Positions 61,677-64,000 of a stretch of 64,000 nt of DNA are shown in pieces. Under the pieces are notes generated by a model. The model saw only the letters and a program-made list of their open reading frames with translations. It had not been told where the DNA came from and searched no databases. A program made the position numbers and the translations under genes. Source of the stretch: Candidatus Poriferihabitaceae bacterium (GTDB taxonomy: Bacteria > Pseudomonadota > Gammaproteobacteria > Arenicellales > Poriferihabitantaceae); assembly GCA_965214055.1 (NCBI GenBank), contig OZ243931.1:2900693-2964692 (forward strand), written 5' to 3'. Numbering within the stretch: the stretch's first letter is position 1; every line of letters begins with the position of its first letter.

Positions 61677-63046
61677 CTAGCGACGACCCCGATTACGCAA
61701 TGCTTCCGGCGTGAAACGGGTATTCTCAAGCGGAACATCAAACTGGGGCGGTTCATATTCATTGACAAGCTCCATGACGATATATCGTCCGTTCTGGATG
61801 TCGTGAATCGTCGATGCCGTACTCCCGACGTAGGGCACTGCATAGTTATTGAGCAGATTTCCCTGGGTCACCCTCCAGATTTCACCCCGCCCGTCATACT
61901 GGTCCACCACGGCAATTTGCCAGCTGTCCTCATCCAGATAGAACGTGCGTCGGGCATAAATATGATTGGTCCCCTCCTTGAGCCGGGCATCGACTACCCA
62001 GACCCGGTGCAACTCATAGCGCGTCAGGTCCGGATTGAGATGGCCCGGCTGGAGAATGTCGTCGAACCGGTTCTCATCGCTCTGCAACCGATAACTGTTA
62101 TAGGGAATGTAGAGTTCCTGCTTGCCCATCAAAACCCAGTCATACCGGTCCGGGGCACCATTGAACATGTCATAGTCATCGTTGGTACGCTGGCCGTCCG
62201 CTGCGGTACCGGGATTGTCGTACGCGACATTGGGAGCACGGCGCACTCTTCGCTGACCCGGATTGTAGACCCATGCCTTGCGGGGGATCGCAGCCTGATT
62301 GAGGGTTTCATGGACCAGCGTAAATTGCCCGGCAAGTCTGGGCGGAGAGATGACCTCCTGAATGAAATAGACCAGTATGTTGTCGATGGTCTCGGTCGTG
62401 GCACCGGGCTGCTGATAGGCCCAGAGTATTTCCTCCCTGAGACGGACGACGGTATAGGCCCCCGCTGCCGTTGGGGCGGCCTGACCGACCGACCGGACGA
62501 TCGTCTGGCCACGATAACGCAAGAGGTGGTTCCAGATGGCTTCCAGTCCGTTGTTCGGAATCGAAATGGAATCCCTTCCGCCGCATTCATCACCCCGTTG
62601 CCGTCCTTCGTCAGTGTCGCGGTAGTGGCATTGGCGATGGTCTTGTCATAAATCCGCTGGGGCAGGGATGCCGTACGCCGGCTGGGGTAGACTGGCATCC
62701 GGAAAGACGCCGGATAGCGTTCAAACAGTGCGATCTGGCCCGGCGAAAGGTTGGCCTCGTATTCACGGTAATTGTCCGCGGTGATGGTAAACAGCGGCTG
62801 ATCACCGGCAAAGGGGTCCAGAAGATGCGTCCCTGGCTGGTAGTCCCCGGGTGGCTCCGTGATCCCCCCCTTCCACGGCGGGATCGATCCGGATGCATTG
62901 CCTGCCCTTGTGGCCCCCAGGGGAGTCAAGTCATTGCCCAGCCTTGCCGCCTCCTCCCCGGTGACCTTTGCCGCCGTGGGCGTGACCATGGCAATCATCG
63001 CCACCAGCAAACCGGCTGAAAGTGCCCTGTTCTTTAAATTCCTCAT
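61677..63046 (-). CDS. DUF1329-family periplasmic (LolA-like) protein split by a single-base deletion at ~62562
   Basis: LG.DLTPLGA.RAGN..GSIP.W.GG and GIPF[P]IPNNGLEAIWNH are restored by adding one C. Also WVYNPGQRRVRRAP, RYELHRVWVV and YLDEDSW. Confidence 0.88.
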
Positions 63047-63068
63047 GTAATCAGCCCTCTCTACCGGG

Positions 63069-64000
63069 TCAGAATGAATAGTTCAGCGTGAGCGACAGGA
63101 AATCACGGTCTCTCAGGAGATTGTGAGAACCTCCACCAAACGAGTTGGTATAGGACAACCGAGCCTGCCATGAATGCAGATAACTCGCATTCAGGGCCAG
63201 GGTGATCGTCTTGCGGTCTTCAACAAAATTGCCGATGGGTGAAGGGGTCGTCCCGTTTACATCGTGCGCAAAGGCGATCTCCGGAGAGAGATTCACGGGG
63301 CCCACCGCATTGCTGTAGGTGGCACGCATCAGCAGTCGATACCCCCAGGAGAACGGATCCGCAAACCCACCGCGCTGGGTTGCCGGCTGGACTCCAGCCG
63401 ATGTAAACGCCGGGTTGGCGCTGGTCCACGTTCCCGGCCCCTCGTACCGAAGTTCCGATTTTTTTTCCATGTCCTGGATCTGGGTAAAGCCGGTCTCGAT
63501 CAGAAACACGGTTTGATTGGCCCCCAGCCTGGGGCCCAGCGCCCTGGTGAGCGCCAGGGTACCCTGCAACACATCCTTGCGGCGATAACCGGCAAGTTCC
63601 TGGTTCTGATTCAGTCGACCCGTTTGGCTCTGTTCGGAGAGCAGAGTTCCCAGACCGGCCAGACCGGCAAGTTGCGGAACAGGAGCATCCCGAAGCGGCG
63701 ACAGGGCAGAAAAAAACAGTTCAGCACCATCAATCTGAAGCGGTTGATCCCGGCGGTAGGAGACCTCCCCCTGGATGGCGAATCCGGTCGTGCCGAGCTC
63801 GGTATTGAAACTCAGGCCCATGAGATCAATGTCCTCGGGAAATTCCCGGAAATAGCGAACCGTACCGGTGTACCCTGTGGCAGTCGCCAATCCGGCCAGC
63901 GAGCCGGCGCGAAGGGACACCACCGGCAGGCGGCTGTGGATCCGGGCAAAATGCAAACCCAGTTCAATGTTGTTCAGCACCGGCGAGAAATAACGCAACG
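63069..64000 (-). CDS. DUF1302-family outer-membrane protein, C-terminal part (5' end outside window)
   Basis: HSRLP, EFPEDI.L.G.SFNT, GEVSYR..QPLQI, SWGYRL, HDVNG.TP and DRDF.SL..NYSF. Confidence 0.88.
   Translation of the reverse strand, partial: LRYFSPVLNNIELGLHFARIHSRLPVVSLRAGSLAGLATATGYTGTVRYFREFPEDIDLMGLSFNTELGTTGFAIQGEVSYRRDQPLQIDGAELFFSALSPLRDAPVPQLAGLAGLGTLLSEQSQTGRLNQNQELAGYRRKDVLQGTLALTRALGPRLGANQTVFLIETGFTQIQDMEKKSELRYEGPGTWTSANPAFTSAGVQPATQRGGFADPFSWGYRLLMRATYSNAVGPVNLSPEIAFAHDVNGTTPSPIGNFVEDRKTITLALNASYLHSWQARLSYTNSFGGGSHNLLRDRDFLSLTLNYSF

Noticed and set aside
1-64000. CRISPR array, tRNA or rRNA
   Set aside because: I saw no regularly spaced repeats, cloverleaf/T-loop signature or rRNA-like sequence in the intergenic regions I read.

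Overview
This is a GC-rich chromosomal segment of a proteobacterium, probably a deep-branching gammaproteobacterium given its mixed beta- and gamma-type gene order. Most of it is housekeeping: gdhB (3' part), chaC, hinT, ispDF divergent from mfd-csiV, a TRAP transporter plus an APH-fold kinase, the gyrA-pheA-tyrA-aroA-cmk-rpsA-ihfB-lapAB-hldA-hldD-rfbA-mtnP superoperon, and the queG/nnr-tsaE-amiB-mutL-miaA-hfq-hflX superoperon. Accessory material is inserted at several points. (i) An internally deleted DUF3696-type ATPase relic lies at 13.5-14.0 kb. (ii) A LysR + EmrAB module splits tyrA from aroA. (iii) A ~5 kb AT-richer island between gyrA and hflX carries HEPN/MNT, an intact multicopper oxidase, and decayed hipA, rhuM, higB and possible type I R-M fragments. 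(iv) A four-gene module between nnr and queG encodes a non-canonical ureohydrolase, a LysE exporter, a CLC protein lacking its gating glutamate and a Tat-exported dienelactone hydrolase. (v) A diverged partial duplicate of the ghrA/MFS junction is bounded by a strong hairpin. (vi) A DUF1302-DUF1329-YCF48-MMPL envelope transport cluster carries two single-base frameshifts. I found no rRNA, tRNA, CRISPR array or intact transposase/integrase. All calls come from recognising motifs by eye; no database searches were run. The best candidates for uncharacterised systems are (iv) and (vi).
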